Assembly (NCBI GenBank): GCA_004431415.1
Contig: QPMI01000323.1
Span: 1 to 49,648, forward strand
DNA length: 49,648 nt
Reading direction: 5' to 3'
Source of the DNA: Cyanophora paradoxa CCMP329
Taxonomy: Eukaryota > Plantae > Glaucophyta
In this document: piece by piece, positions 23,880-36,010 of the stretch
Layout: each line of letters opens with the position of its first letter
Position numbering within the stretch: the first letter of the stretch is position 1
Translations under genes and position numbers: made by a program
The notes under the pieces: model-generated
Database searches by the model: none
What the model was told of the DNA's origin: nothing
What the model saw: only the letters and a program-made list of their open reading frames with translations

Positions 23880-25381
23880 CTAGAGGGCGGGGCGCTTCCT
23901 GGCGAGGAGGCAGGCGACGGGGCGGCCGTCCGAGGGGAGCGGGGCGACCTCCTCCACCAGCGCCTCGAACTGCCCGGCCGGCAGCGCCCCGAGCAGGCCC
24001 CCGCCCCCGCCGTACGCGTGCGACGCCAGCCGCGAGCGCCCCCCGCCCGCCCCGCCCTCGCGCCCCTCGCTCGCCTCCGAGAACTGGACGGCGAGGAGGA
24101 GGCCGCCGGGGCGCACGCGCTCCGCGACCCACGGCAGCGCCGGCCGGTGGAAGAAGCCTGCGCCCGCCCCCGCACCCGTGCTGCCTCAGTGCTTCGGAGG
24201 GGGCCCGCAGCGCGCGGCGTGCAGTCGAGCGGCAAGGGGCGGGCCGGGGCCCGGGCGGGGGCGCACGGATGGAGAGGACGAGGTCGAAGGTGCGGCCCTG
24301 CGCGGCGGCGCCCAGCGGTGAGGGAGCGGGGGGGAGGGAGGGCGGGGGGCGGGGGCGGGGGACCTCGAGGGCGGGGCGCCCTCGCCCTCGGGGAGCCGTC
24401 GGGGAGGAAGCGGAGGTGGTGGAAGGCGGCGGCGGCCCCGCGCGGGCGGCGAGGGCGCGGGCGCGCTCGAGGGCGGGGCGGAGCTGGTCGAGCCCGACGC
24501 CCCTCCAGCGGGGCGGGCCCTCGCGCGAGCACAGCCACGCGAGGTCCCGCCCCGACCCGCACCCGACGTCCAGCACCCTCCACGCGGCGTCGGCCGGCCC
24601 GGACCCCTGGGCCAGCGTCCCCTCGATCGCCGCGATCTGCCGCTCGAGGAAGAAGCAGGGGCCGTACAGGCGCGCCTCGCCGGGGCCCCGCCCCGCCACC
24701 CCCTCTCGCTCCGCCCCCGCCAGCGCCGCGGCGTGGCCCCTGTACCCCGACGACTGCAAAAGATAGGGGCGTGGGCGACGCGGGGCGGAGGCTCGAGCGG
24801 GGCGGGCGGGGCGCACGCAGAACCAGTGGCGCACGTCCCACCCACGGCTCCGCAGGAAGGCCGGCACGTCCTCCCGGTGCTGCCCCGCCCCGCCCGTTGG
24901 CCTCGGGGGCGGCCGCCGAGGGCGCGCTGCAGAGGGGCGCTGTCCGGCGCCGCCGCCGCTCACCTCGGGCAGGAGCAGGGCGAAGGGGCGGCCCTTGTCG
25001 GGCATCTCGCACCACCTGCGAGGACCCCAGAGCTGCGATCAGCGGAGCCACCTCGCGCCCCGCGCGGCGGCGGCACCGCTTCGGGAGCCCAGCGTAGGGC
25101 AGATTCGCACTGGGACGGACGTGCAGCGCCTCGAAGTCCGCCTCGGGGCGGAAGTCGACGACGGGGAGGCGATTGGCGCCGCCGCAGAGCCAGGCGGCGA
25201 AGTCCGCGCGGCAATCGTGCACCCCCGCCTCAGGCGCAAAGGCGGGCCACGGCAGGCCCGTGTCGGGGTCGAACTGGAGCGCCATGCGCCTGCCGGCGCG
25301 CACGCCGGTCGAACTGGAGCGCCACGCGCACTTGGTCGAGCTGCTCGCACACCGCGCGCGGCTTGCAGCCGCGCGCAGCAT
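23880..25381 (-). CDS. Rhodanese-like N-terminal domain fused to a class I SAM-dependent methyltransferase (TehB-like)
   Basis: VVDFRPEADFEALHVRPSANLP (rhodanese-like). SAM motif I RVLDVGCGSGRD, then GLDQ, TFDLVLSI..FFHRP and VRPGGLL. N-terminus MLRAAASRARCASSST is Arg/Ala/Ser-rich, like a mitochondrial presequence. Confidence 0.8.
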
Positions 25382-25713
25382 CTACATTCGCGGCTTCAAT
25401 CCTGAGCGGCTTGAAGGGCTTGAAGCAGCTAAGAGGGGAGGGGCAAGCCGGTCTGGGGTACCGCCGCCTCCAAGTTGGGTCCAAGGTCCGACGGTCTTGC
25501 GGACGAGGACGCGGGTCTGCAAGCTGGTACCGCCGACGAGAACGAGGACGTAGGAACGTACTGCCGCAAGTAGTTAATAGCGCTTCTTCGCCGGTGCAGC
25601 CCTACGGACGCAGCCGCCGTGCGCTTGCAGTCGGCGGCTTCGCAGCTGTGAAGGGGCGCATGTGCGCCTGCTGAGTCCCGGGCCCTCCGTAGCTAGCGGT
25701 AGAGCCAGCTCTC

Positions 25714-28700
25714 ATGGACCGCACGGCGTCCCGGGCGGCCTCGCCGGTGCCGAGCGAGGGGGCGCCAGCGAGGATCGCCAGCATTTATCTCTCCGTTGAC
25801 AGAGCGTCTGCCAGCGGCAGCTCGGACGACTTGCCGAACCAGCCCGCGCGGCCGCCCAGCGCCCTGAGTGTCGCACCTAGCGTGGCGGCGAGCGCCGTGA
25901 GCGCCGTGAGCGCCGCGAGCGCGACGGGCTCGCTCTGGCAGCCGCCGGACCTGCAGATCGACCCCGCGGAGTGGCAGGGCGTGCCGGACGTCGTGACCAA
26001 GTACATGCAGGCGCGGCGCGGAGCGCGCCGGGAGCCCCGGGGCTCGCTGAGCGGGGCGCGCGCAGGCGATGATCGAGCGGACGACGGCGCAGTGGCGCTG
26101 GCTGAAGGAGGTCGAGACCGTCGCGTACCGCCGCGCCTCGAAGGACGGCGGGGTCAGCACGCCCCACGCGGCCCCGCCCTCGTCGCCCGCCTCACGCCCC
26201 GCCTTTCCCTCCGCCCCCGCCTGCAGGTCAGCCCCAACTGGAACAAGGTGCGCCCCACTGGCGTCTCGGGAGGGGGCGGGGGCGTGAGGAGGTGGGCGCG
26301 CAGGTGCTGGAGTCGGCGACGGGGGAGAGGAAGGTGGCGGCGTGGCGGGAGCCCGTGGAGGGGCTCCAGAAGGAGCTCGCCAAGCTCCACGAGAAGCTCG
26401 ACGCCGAGGTCCCCCGCACGGCGCCCCCCGCCCCTCCGCCCCGCCTCACCGCCCAGCGTGCCGCCGCAAGGTGCGGAGGCGCGAGCTGGGGGAGGAGGAC
26501 GGGGCGCGGGAGCGGGAGCAGCGGGTGGCGCAGCTGGAGCTCTCCGTGCGGGACCTCACGCGGGGGCGCCACGAGGCCGACATGAAGATCCTCGACCTCA
26601 TGCGGGCCGTGCGCGCGCCCCCCGCCGCCGCGCCGCCTCGGGGCTCGAGCGGGGGGAGCGGCAGGCGGCGGAGGAGAGGGAGCTGGCGGGGGAGCGGAGG
26701 GAGGCGGAGAAGCGGGCGCTGGAGGAGGCGAAGCTCGCGGCGGCGCGGGGGGGCGCGGCGGCGCAGGTGGGCGCGGCCGGCGTCACCGCCCTCGAGGCGA
26801 CCATGAACCTCAAGCTGGTGCCCCCCGCCCCCCGCCCCGGAGGGGGGCGCGCGCGCCGCCCGCGATCGCCCGGGGGGCGAGCGAGCGGGGCGCGGGGCGC
26901 AGATCGAGGTGAAGCACGCGATGCACCAGCTGCGGGACGAGATCCAGCTCCGCACGGGGCAGATCCCCGCAATCACCAAGGAGCACCAGGTCCCGCCACG
27001 CCCCGCCACCCGACGCGCCTCCCTCACCGCTCCCCTCTCCTCCCCCCCGCAGCTGCTGCAGCAGAGCGTCGAGGACGCGCGGGCGGCCGCCGAGGCCGGG
27101 GTGCAGGAGGCGCGCAGGCCCCGCCCGGCAGCCCCGCGCGCCGGCGGGCTCACGCGGCGCCCCGCAGGCGAAGGAGGGGATCGAGACGCTGACGCAGGAG
27201 ACGGACGACCGCATTGAGGCGCGGGCGGGGCGGCCCCCTCGCCTCTTTTCGCGGGGCCGAGCGGGGGGCGCGGGGCCTGCAGGCGCTGGAGTCGCTGCTG
27301 GTGGACATCGGGACGCGCATCGAGAGCGTCCAGGCGAGCCTCGTCGCCCGCAAGGTCCGCTGCTGTGCGCTGCCGCGCGCCCCGCCCCTGCAACCCCCGC
27401 CCGCCAGGAGGACATCGCCAGCTTGCGCGACGAGCAGCGCGCCATGCACGCCGCCGCAGCTGCTGCTGCCGCCGCCGCCCAGACCGCCGCTGCCTCGGCC
27501 CAGGCCGCCGCCGCCGCCGCCGCCGCCGCCGGGCAGTCGCCGGATGACTCGCAGGGCGGGTTCGACCCCGCGGCGGCGGTGGCGGCGCTGGCGGCGGCGA
27601 GCGAAGCCGGGTCGGCGCGGGTGCCCTCCCCGCCCTCCCCCATGCCGCCTCCGCCGCCTCGGGCGCCCTCGACGGTGGGGGCAGGCGGGGTGGAGGAGGT
27701 GCGGGGGTGGTGGCGGGGGTCGAGCAGGCGCTCCGCTCCCTCGAGGCCCGCCTCGACCGCGAGGCCGCCCGCCTCGACGCCGCCGTCCGTCCCCGGCCCC
27801 GCCCTGCCCCGCCCCGCCCGGCGATGCGATGGCGGGGGGCAGGGGGGCGGCGTGCGGGAGGAGCAGCGGACGCTGGGGGCGGCCCTCGACGAGGTCGTCC
27901 GCGGCTGCGCCGCCATGGAGGACCGCCTCGCCGTGCGCCCGCCCCCCGCCCCCCGCCAACCCCACGGGTCCCCCCCCTGCCCCCCCCGCTCCCCGCCCCT
28001 GCGCCTGCCGAGGGCGCATTGCGGAGAGAGGCGGCCCGCGCGCTGCTCGGATTCGAACCAGGGTCTTCTGCTTAGGAACGCTCTTCTAGCTTAGGTGGAG
28101 GGGGCGGCTCGGAAAGGCGTGGGTGCGACGGGGCGGGGGCGGGGGCAGGGGGTCGGGGCGGCGCTGGCCTCCGTGCGCGGCGCCGTCAGCGTGCAGGCCT
28201 CCCGCTACCACTCCCTCATGGTCCCGCCCCGCCCCGCCCCGCACCCCTCCCGCCCTCACCCCTCCCCTCCCCCAGACCTCCCTCGCCAAGGCCTTCGCCA
28301 AGGTCCAGCTGGCCCCGCCACCGCAGCCGCCGACGCCGGGGCGGACGCGGTCGGGGTCGGGCGGGGGAGCGCGGCCGCGCTCGCCCTCGTCGATTCCGCT
28401 GCCGCCGCCGCGCTCCGAGTCGGGCGTCTCCTCGTGCGCCTCCGCCCTCTCCGACGGCGAGGCCGGGGGCGACGCCGCCGCCGCCGCCGAGGGCGCCGCC
28501 GCCGGTGGCCACCGGCGGCACCGCCGCGGGCCGGTGAGCGGAGGGGCGCGGCGCCTCGCGCGAGCCGGCGTGGGTAGACGCGCTGAGCCGGCCCCCTTCC
28601 CCCGGGCAGGGCGTCGAGGGCGTTTCTTCCGACCTGCGCCTTACCGAGGTCCCCCGCCCCGCATCCCCCTCCGCCTTCCCCCAATCCCTGACGGCTCTCC

Positions 28701-30823
28701 CCCCCCCTCCCTCCCCCCTCCCTCCCCCCCCTCCCCATCCCCCGCCCCGCCCCCTCCCCTCCCCCCCCCCCCCCCGCCCACACACACACACACAGGCACG
28801 CTTCTTTGCGCTGGAGGCGCGGCTGCGTGAGGAGGAGGGCCGCCGCATGCGCGACGTGCGTTCAGAAGGGCTGTTCGAAGGAGGGGGGGGGGCCCTTCCG
28901 GGCGAGCGGGCCCTTCTGGGCGAGCGCTGCAGCTGGTGGCCCCCATGCGCTCCCCCGACCGGCCCCGGCCCCACAATCCCCCCCCCCCCCCCCCCCCTTG
29001 ACTCGCCTCCGGCCGCGCCGCTGAGGTGGGACCTCAGGTGAGGCACCTGCGCATTCTCCTGGCAAAGCTGGCGCGCTCCCTGCCGCGCGCCGGCGAGGCG
29101 GTGCGCCCCCGCACGCGGTCAGCGGCGGCGCGCGCGGGGCAGAGGTGCCGCCGCAGGTCGAGGAGGCTCTGGCGGAGCGGGCGGCCCAGGGCGAGCCGAG
29201 CTCCCCGCCCCGCCCGGCCTCCCCGCGCGGCTACATCCTCGCCCCGGCCCCGGCCCCGCCCGGCAGCGCCCACGGCGCGCCCCGTCCCGCCACCTCTGGC
29301 GGCCTCGGATTCCCTCCCGCCCGTCCCTCTTCGGCCACCCCCGGGGGTGGTGCCGGGGGTTACGCCTACAGCGGCCACTGGTGGGGGGCAGCGAGCGGGG
29401 CGCGCGAGTGGGCGCCCCGCCGCCAGCGCCTCCGCAAGCCCCGCGTCCTGTACGAGGGCGCGTACCGCCCCGGCGCTCCCTTCGCGTTCGCTTACGCGGG
29501 GGGTACAGGCGTCCTCACGGTGGACGAGGGCTCGCACCGCCGCCGGAACCCCGCGCAGCAGGCGCCGGCCCCCCGGCCCGCCCCTCCCCGCCCCGACTCT
29601 CACCCCCACGCTCCCCGCAGTCGTGGGGGACGATCTCCTACACGCCCGCCGGCCGCGCCGCCGGATTGCCGTACCCCCAGGGACCCGAAGGCGGCCCCAC
29701 GGGGCTCTCCGAGGCGTTTCGGGACCGGTAGCCGGACCCCCCCCCCCCCCCCCTCTTTTCCCCCCTCCCCCCTCTCCTTCCCCCTTCATTCGCCGTCTCC
29801 GATATGCGCGCGCGCAGCTTCGCGAGGCGGCCGCCGCCTCTCGAACCGGAGCCGGAGCCGGTCCCGGGGGAATCTCTGGGTCCCTGGTGGCTCCGCGTGC
29901 GTCGAAGTCTTACTCGAGAATTGGGATAGATAAGGAGCCATTCTAAGAATAATGGTCGGCTCTTGAGCCTCTTGGGCGGGTGGCGCTCACTGTGGGGCGC
30001 GCAGGAGACGGCTGGCCTCTCTGCTGACGAAGCGGAGGGGGGCGGTGGCGGGGGGGCGGGGCTGGCCGGGGCGGGGGGCGACGAGGAGGAGTGGTGGGGG
30101 CCCGCCAGGAGGCCCTTCTTCCGCAACCTGCGCCGCGAGGCGGCCGCCAGCACCCGCCGCCGCTTCGTCCTCCCGCCCCGCTCAGAGAGCGGGCGCCGCC
30201 CCGGCGGGAGCAGCCGGCACCTCGTACGGGCACCGAGCGGCGCCGCCGGCACGCCCACCGGCGATCGCAAGGAGGTGGGCACGTCGGGCGCAGCCCTTGC
30301 GCCGAGCGCCGCGGGCACCCCCGTAGCGGGGCCGCCGCCGGCGTCGGCCCCGCGCTGGAGCGCGCGGCGAGGCCCCGCCCCCTCCCCGTCCCAGCGGGGG
30401 CGCCCTGTCCGCGCGGGGGTCTGGCGGGAGCGGGAGCCCGGCGACTCCCCCCCTCCTCCTGACGCCCCGCGCCCCGTCCGGCGCCCCGAGCCTGGGCACG
30501 GGGCCCTCCCTGGGAGCCGCCCTCCGCGGCGTGGCGATCACGCCGAGCGCCCCGCACTCCCCTCACCGCCCCGTACCCCCCGCAGCGTCCCTCAGCGGGG
30601 CCGGCCCCGCGCGACCCCGCCACGTGCACGCCACCCCAGCCAGAGCGTTGTCTGCCGCGCCGCCCCCCGCGGCCCCGGCCTCCCCCAGCGGCGGCGCCCC
30701 GGCTGCAGCTCTGCCTGCCCCGCCCCCGAAGCTGGCCCCTCCACCCGTCCGGATCCCCACTGCGCCGGCGTCAGTCGGCTCCGACGGGCCCTGGCACGCC
30801 TAGCAATCGATCGATGTCACTGA
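25714..30823 (+). CDS. Uncharacterised multi-exon coiled-coil protein with low-complexity C-terminus (3' end uncertain)
   Basis: ATG 25714. In-frame exons join across GT/GC-AG introns: VPDVVTKYMQ|AMIERTTAQW, EGLQKELAKLHEKLDAE, IEVKHAMHQLRDEIQ, ALESLLVDIGTRIESVQ. An acceptor at 30004 continues into the 29963-30823 frame. No recognised domain. Confidence 0.6.
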
Positions 30824-31145
30824 GCCAGCGTCCGTTGAAGCGGCTGATCATGATCAGTGATCATGGACCCCCGCCTTCGCCAAGTTGCCGAGTTTGCGGC
30901 TTTGCCGAAGTCTAGCACTGGTACTACTGTACTACCGGTAGTATGGATTCTAGGGAACTCGGATCGGAAATTCAATAATTGCGAATCTTTAAATTTTGCG
31001 ATTCGAGCTCTAGAATCTACTAATCTAGAAACTACTAGTAGTCTACTACTAGTCTACTAGTAGTACTGTGAGTCTGTGATATCTACCCACTCAGTAGTAC
31101 CGAGTACTACCGTACTACTACGGTACTTCTGGATGATCTACTACT

Positions 31146-31366
31146 GTAGGAATGCTTTTTTAGACGATGTTTTAAATTGCCGTATATTGCCGAGAGGCCA
31201 AATTCGGCAATTTTAAGCCACGGCAATGTTGCTGGGGGTACAAATAATTATAGGCGGCTATAGAGCAGAAATCTGGATTCGGCAATTTATCGCCACGCGT
31301 ACGGCAATTCCGGTTTCGGCCGAATTCGGCAATTATTTAACTACGCGGCAATTTAAGCATTCCTAC
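31146..31366. mobile_element. Degenerate MITE-like element with TAGG-type terminal inverted repeats
   Basis: Ends GTAGGAATGCTT and AAGCATTCCTAC form a 12-bp perfect IR, extendable to AAATTGCCG across a ~15-nt indel. Many internal CGGCAAT/ATTGCCG repeats. No clear TSD. Confidence 0.6.
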
Positions 31367-33097
31367 TGAGTCTGGCAGGCCGTGGCGGCGCCGCGGCGGA
31401 TCCGGACTCTGCACTGATCATGAGTACTAGTCTGCAGCTGCAGCGCTAGCTGGGATTGCAATTTGCAATATTTTAATTGCGCATGCCGCAGTGCGGATAT
31501 CGATTGTGCAGTGGCCGGTTCAATGTGCGGCCCGCCGGGTCCGGCGCGCGCGCCGGCCGGGCGGGCCGGGATTCCGGGAATATTTAGTGACTCCCGGCGC
31601 CGGCCGGCGAGTCGGCGCCGACTCGGCGGCGACGTCGCCGAGTCGACGTCGACAATGACTGAGATTATGACTCGACATCGCCGAGTCGGACCACTGCACG
31701 CCAAGCCCCTCAGAAATCCGCGACTTGGAGAACGAAGCGAGGTGTACCCCAAATCTTTGTTGACCAGCCGCGGCCGGAAGCCGGCGTGAGCGCCGGGGGC
31801 GCTGCGCTCGCAGTAGTAGTATCGGAGAGCCCACCAAAGCACTTCGAGCGCCTGGCCGGGCGATTTCGGGCCACTCGGGGTCGGTTCCCGTCCCGGGCCG
31901 CCCCGTGCCCCCTTTTTCGAGCCAGCAGCGTCTGGAACAACTAGTGAGGGTCTAAAAAGAGTGGTTCCTCGTTAAGAACGCCCGCCCGCGCCGCCCGCGG
32001 CCCGTGACCCGCTCCGCCTCGTCAGCAGAGACCGCGCCTTCGTCGGGCTACAGGGCGGTGCCGGAGCATCGTCAACCGTACTAGGATGCCTTCTACCGCT
32101 CTCGGAACGCGGAGAAGGGCGCCCACGCCGCGGATTCCACACAAGATCAAGGAGAGCTCGCTCTGGCACGAGGTTCGCTGATCATTACTCCGATATTCTG
32201 TCGGCAAGTCGGGGTTTCTCGCCGTAGAAGTATGCGCCTTAAAGTGTTGAAGATGCTTCACATAGTGTGGCGCGGGGCTCTCGGCCTGTCCGCGGGGCGT
32301 TTCGCTTCGTCCGGGTGACCCCCCACGCGTCGCAGCTAGCGCGGTCCAACCGCCGAGCTCCGGCGCCCCGGTGGCGGCTCCCGGTCACGCCGGTGCGCAT
32401 CCCTCGCCGCCCGCTTCGTCTCAGACGCATCCGCGCTGACTTTCCGACCGTCTAGAACCGTCGATGAAGCTGGCTTATCGTCCAGGAAGGTCAGGATCGA
32501 CCGCCGAGAACGAGGTGAGGGCCCCGCGCTTGCCCGCCACCGCGCCCGCCCGCCACCGCGCCGCTGAACGGTTTCCGCGCAGCAAAAGGAGCCGAAAAGG
32601 AGCTTTCGTTCTCGATAGAAGCACCTGAGCGCCGGCAGCAGCAACCGGAGCAGCGAGCGCTCTTGGAGATCGGTGCGCTTGCAGCTGCCTGCGCCGCACG
32701 CTCCCGCCCAGTGCGCCCGCTGATGCCGCCGCCCGCGGCTCTCGCGCAGAGCCTCGGAGTGGTGTTGCTCCGCGCGGCGTAGGCGGCAGCAGCCGGCTGG
32801 ATTCGAAGGGGCAGCTAGGCTGCACCACCCCCTGAGTGGGGCTGCATCCCCCCCTCCTCTGCGGCCCTCCCGGGCTGCGGCCCCCTCCGCCCCGCGTTCT
32901 CTCTCCGTTCAGCGTTCTGCCGGTAGAGCGCCAGTAGCTCGCCAGCGTCCTGAGATCTTGATAATGAGATCGTGATTCTCGAGTAGCCTGCCCCGCCTGC
33001 GCCTTCTGGGCCAGCGAGCGCTCTGTTAAGCATGCCGAATGTTGTAAATGTTGTAGCATCTCCGCTAAGGATGCACCCCTCCGGGCCGCGATGCATA

Positions 33098-33372
33098 CGC
33101 ACATGCTCTATCAAGGCGTGCATCGATCTTTGCTAGCGGTGGCCCAGCGAACCCTTGCTGTGTGGAGCGAAATCAAATCGCGCAGGTGCCCCCACCCCAA
33201 GCCTTCTGGAGAAGCAGGCGATCTCCGCTGCGGATGCATGCGTCAGGGCCGCGCTCCAGCTGCGCATGCTCTTTTATGGTGTGCATCGATCTGCGTTAGC
33301 GTCGGCCCGGCGGCCCTCGCAGTAAGCAGCGAAATCGAATCTGCCAGGTGCCACCCCCCCACTGGAGCAGGT
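33098..33372. repeat. Diverged tandem duplication, ~160 bp period
   Basis: Blocks CATGCTCT, GTGCATCGATCT, AGCGAAATC, CAGGTGCC and AGCAGG recur in the same order at ~33100-33220 and ~33265-33372. Confidence 0.7.
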
Positions 33373-34144
33373 GCCGCTGGCGGCGGGGGTGCGTGCCGCC
33401 GCCCGTACGCGGGCTCTGCGCGTGCTCTAGATGTCCCTCATGGCCCTAGACATCTCAGCCCGCACCGCCCCGCCGTCGCAGCCATGCCATCTGGAACCGC
33501 ATGACATGCTTGATTGCACACGAGCGCGCATCTGCCTGAGGCGCGGCAGGACACGCAGGCGGGGCGTTCCCGGGCCTAAGCGATGCGGGCGAGCGGTGAG
33601 CGGCCTCCGCGACGGCGAAAGATGCCTCGGCGGCGCAGGGCCTGCGAGCGGCGGGTCGGTCAGGGCGCGGAGTGTGCGAGGGGGGGCGCGCAGAGCTTCA
33701 CCACGCACTCACTAGTGATGCCTGCACTAGCTATGAGCGGCAGAATCGATACGAGGCCCGCGGCGGGCGGCCGGCCGGCCCCGCGGGCGGCCGAAGGTGC
33801 TCGTCGCCTGCCGACGGTCCGAAGCTCACACGGCTCGCCCGGGGACGCGGCAAGGTGCGATCCCGACCTTATCTAACACGCTCAGAACGTTGGTTGCGCT
33901 TGCGAGCGACCTGGCTGCGCGGAAGTCGCAAGACGGTGCACGCGAGATGGGTCGCGCGCCGGGAGCTAGCGCAAAGCCGTCACAGGTGCTGCCACCATGC
34001 TACCGGGGGCTAGAAGCGCGTCGGCGGGCCGCGCAGAGCGCTGCTGTCGGCGAGAGGCGGACCTCAGGCGGTGCTTGTGTATCACAAGCCGGCTAGTTGC
34101 AACGTTTTGAGCAGAGAATTTTTTTCCGGCCCGGCGGCGAGCAG

Positions 34145-34161
34145 TGGACACGGCAACCCTA
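34145..34161. mobile_element. Solo right-hand TIR of the same hAT family as the element at 35363
   Basis: TGGACACGGCAACCCTA is the exact reverse complement of the first 17 nt of the 35363 element. No partner TIR found upstream. Confidence 0.75.
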
Positions 34162-34774
34162 GCTAGAGAATTAGTGGAGCACGAAATTAGTGGATTGACT
34201 CAAAAGTTTCAAAGTTTAATTTGCCAAGTTGGTCCACTAATTTCCGGACGGCGTGGGATCCGGAGCCGAGGGCCGGGCGCCGGGCCGGGGCGGGGGGCGT
34301 CGGGGATACTATGATATCGATGTGGATGGCGTAGCCTCGTAGGGCACGGTAGGGGCAGCGGGCGAGGGCACGGTACGGTAGATCTAGAGCTCCCCCCGGG
34401 CCCGCGTTGTAGAGGCCCCAACCGCAGCCAAAAGGCGTCAAACTTTGAAAATGCATTAATTTGGTGCCGCATTAATATATAGCAATAGTACTAGTACGTA
34501 CTAGTATAGTAGGGGCCCGGGGTACTAGGGGTCCGGGACTTCTATTCGGATCCGGGTCCAAAAACACATTAATATCTGGCGCAATAATTAAGTGCATTAA
34601 TATATATATTACGGTAAGAGCTCGAGTCACTACTGATCATGATCATGATCATGATATCGATTCATGACTCACTAGCAATAGTAGTTAGTACGTAATGAGT
34701 CACGGACCCACGGTGCACGTGCGATCGCGATTCGCGATAGGCTGAGCTCGAGGCTGCGGCCCGTCGGCAGTCAC

Positions 34775-34859
34775 GGAAGTCTAACCGTCAAAAAAACTTC
34801 AAATTGACGGTTCGTCTTCCATGCCACGATTTCCCCGCACCCGGAAGACGAACCGTCAA
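34775..34859. repeat. 17-bp perfect inverted repeat plus a third degenerate copy
   Basis: TTGACGGTTCGTCTTCC (34804-34820) pairs with GGAAGACGAACCGTCAA (34843-34859). Variant GGAAGTCTAACCGTCAA at 34775-34791. Confidence 0.8.
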
Positions 34860-35362
34860 AACTGCCCCAGGACCGTCGGACGCGCGCCCAATTAAAATTG
34901 CCGCCGCGCAGTGCTCTCGCGATCGCCGCTCGGAGCGGCGGAGCCGCGCTGCCGCGGCGCCGGCCCGGCGGCCGGCTGTCGGCCGATCGACGTATCGATT
35001 GCAACTTGCCAGTTGCAACTTGCAAGATCTAGATCTAGACCGTCGGACGTCAATTAATATTTGCAACGTGCCGTCACTGCCGTGATTCCCGTCACGGCGT
35101 GAAGGCCCGTGATCGAACCGTCGGAACGTTCTGTTACCGTAGTACGTACTACCGTAGTACTAGCCAGGACTCCCCAGGCCGAGTAGGCTACGGTATATAA
35201 CCGTATATTATACCGTATATATACGTTCACCGTGGCCATGGCACCGCCGGGCCGTGCCACGGTGGCACGTTTAATTCAACGGTTTTCGCTCTCGACTCTG
35301 TGACCGCGAACAGTCAGTTTGTTCTTCTCTTGATTGGCTCCCGCGTTTTGGGGGGCGGGACT

Positions 35363-35754
35363 TAGGGTTGCCGTGTCCATGGACATGTCAATCAACCCGG
35401 TGGACATGGACATTCGGACACGGACATGTCCGCCGACATGTCCGCGGACATTGAATATTAAATTAAATTAAATTAAATTATATATTAAAAGTGAGGTGGC
35501 GGGGCAGCTTGGGCGAGGCCCCCGGCGACTCCCCGCTGCCCCCCGCCGCTTCCTGAGCACCAGAAACATGCTGCTAACGTTTGCAGTGTTCTGCTAGAGT
35601 GTTTTAAACATGATTTGCACGCGTTTTGGCCTGTTTAGAGGGGTATCCCCCCTAATGTCCACGGACATGTCCACCCGGACCCACGGACATTGACACGACA
35701 TGTCCGCGGACATGGACATGTCAATGTCCGCGGACATCGGACACGGCAACCCTA
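35363..35754. mobile_element. Non-autonomous hAT-superfamily DNA transposon (MITE), 392 bp
   Basis: Perfect 16-bp TIRs TAGGGTTGCCGTGTCC / GGACACGGCAACCCTA. Perfect 8-bp TSD GCGGGACT (35355-35362 and 35755-35762). Dense GGACAT/ATGTCC subterminal repeats at both ends. No ORF. Confidence 0.95.
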
Positions 35755-35833
35755 GCGGGACTCCGGGATCCGAAACTTCGAAATTGAAACCGTTGAACGT
35801 GGAGTATTACGGACTCGGGGTGCACGGTCTTCA

Positions 35834-36010
35834 CGTACTATAGTACTAGTCTATACTGACTCTATAGCTACCGTAAGCCTCGCCGCTGCCTCGGTAAGTA
35901 GTACGGTACTACGCGTGTTGTACCGTACTAGCTAGCAGGTACGCGTACGTATACGTACTAGTAGTAGTCTAGTACTGCTACGGTACGGTTACTACGTATA
36001 CGGTACCGGT
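35834..36010. repeat. TA-punctuated low-complexity palindromic tract
   Basis: Dense TACTA, TAGTA, TACGTA, TACCGTA, TACGGTA and TACTAGTA units. Similar tracts at 30910-31146, 34485-34511 and 35135-35225. Confidence 0.7.

Noticed and set aside
31950-34100. Transposase ORF
   Set aside because: No recognisable BED finger, DDE or hAT dimerisation motifs in any supplied frame.
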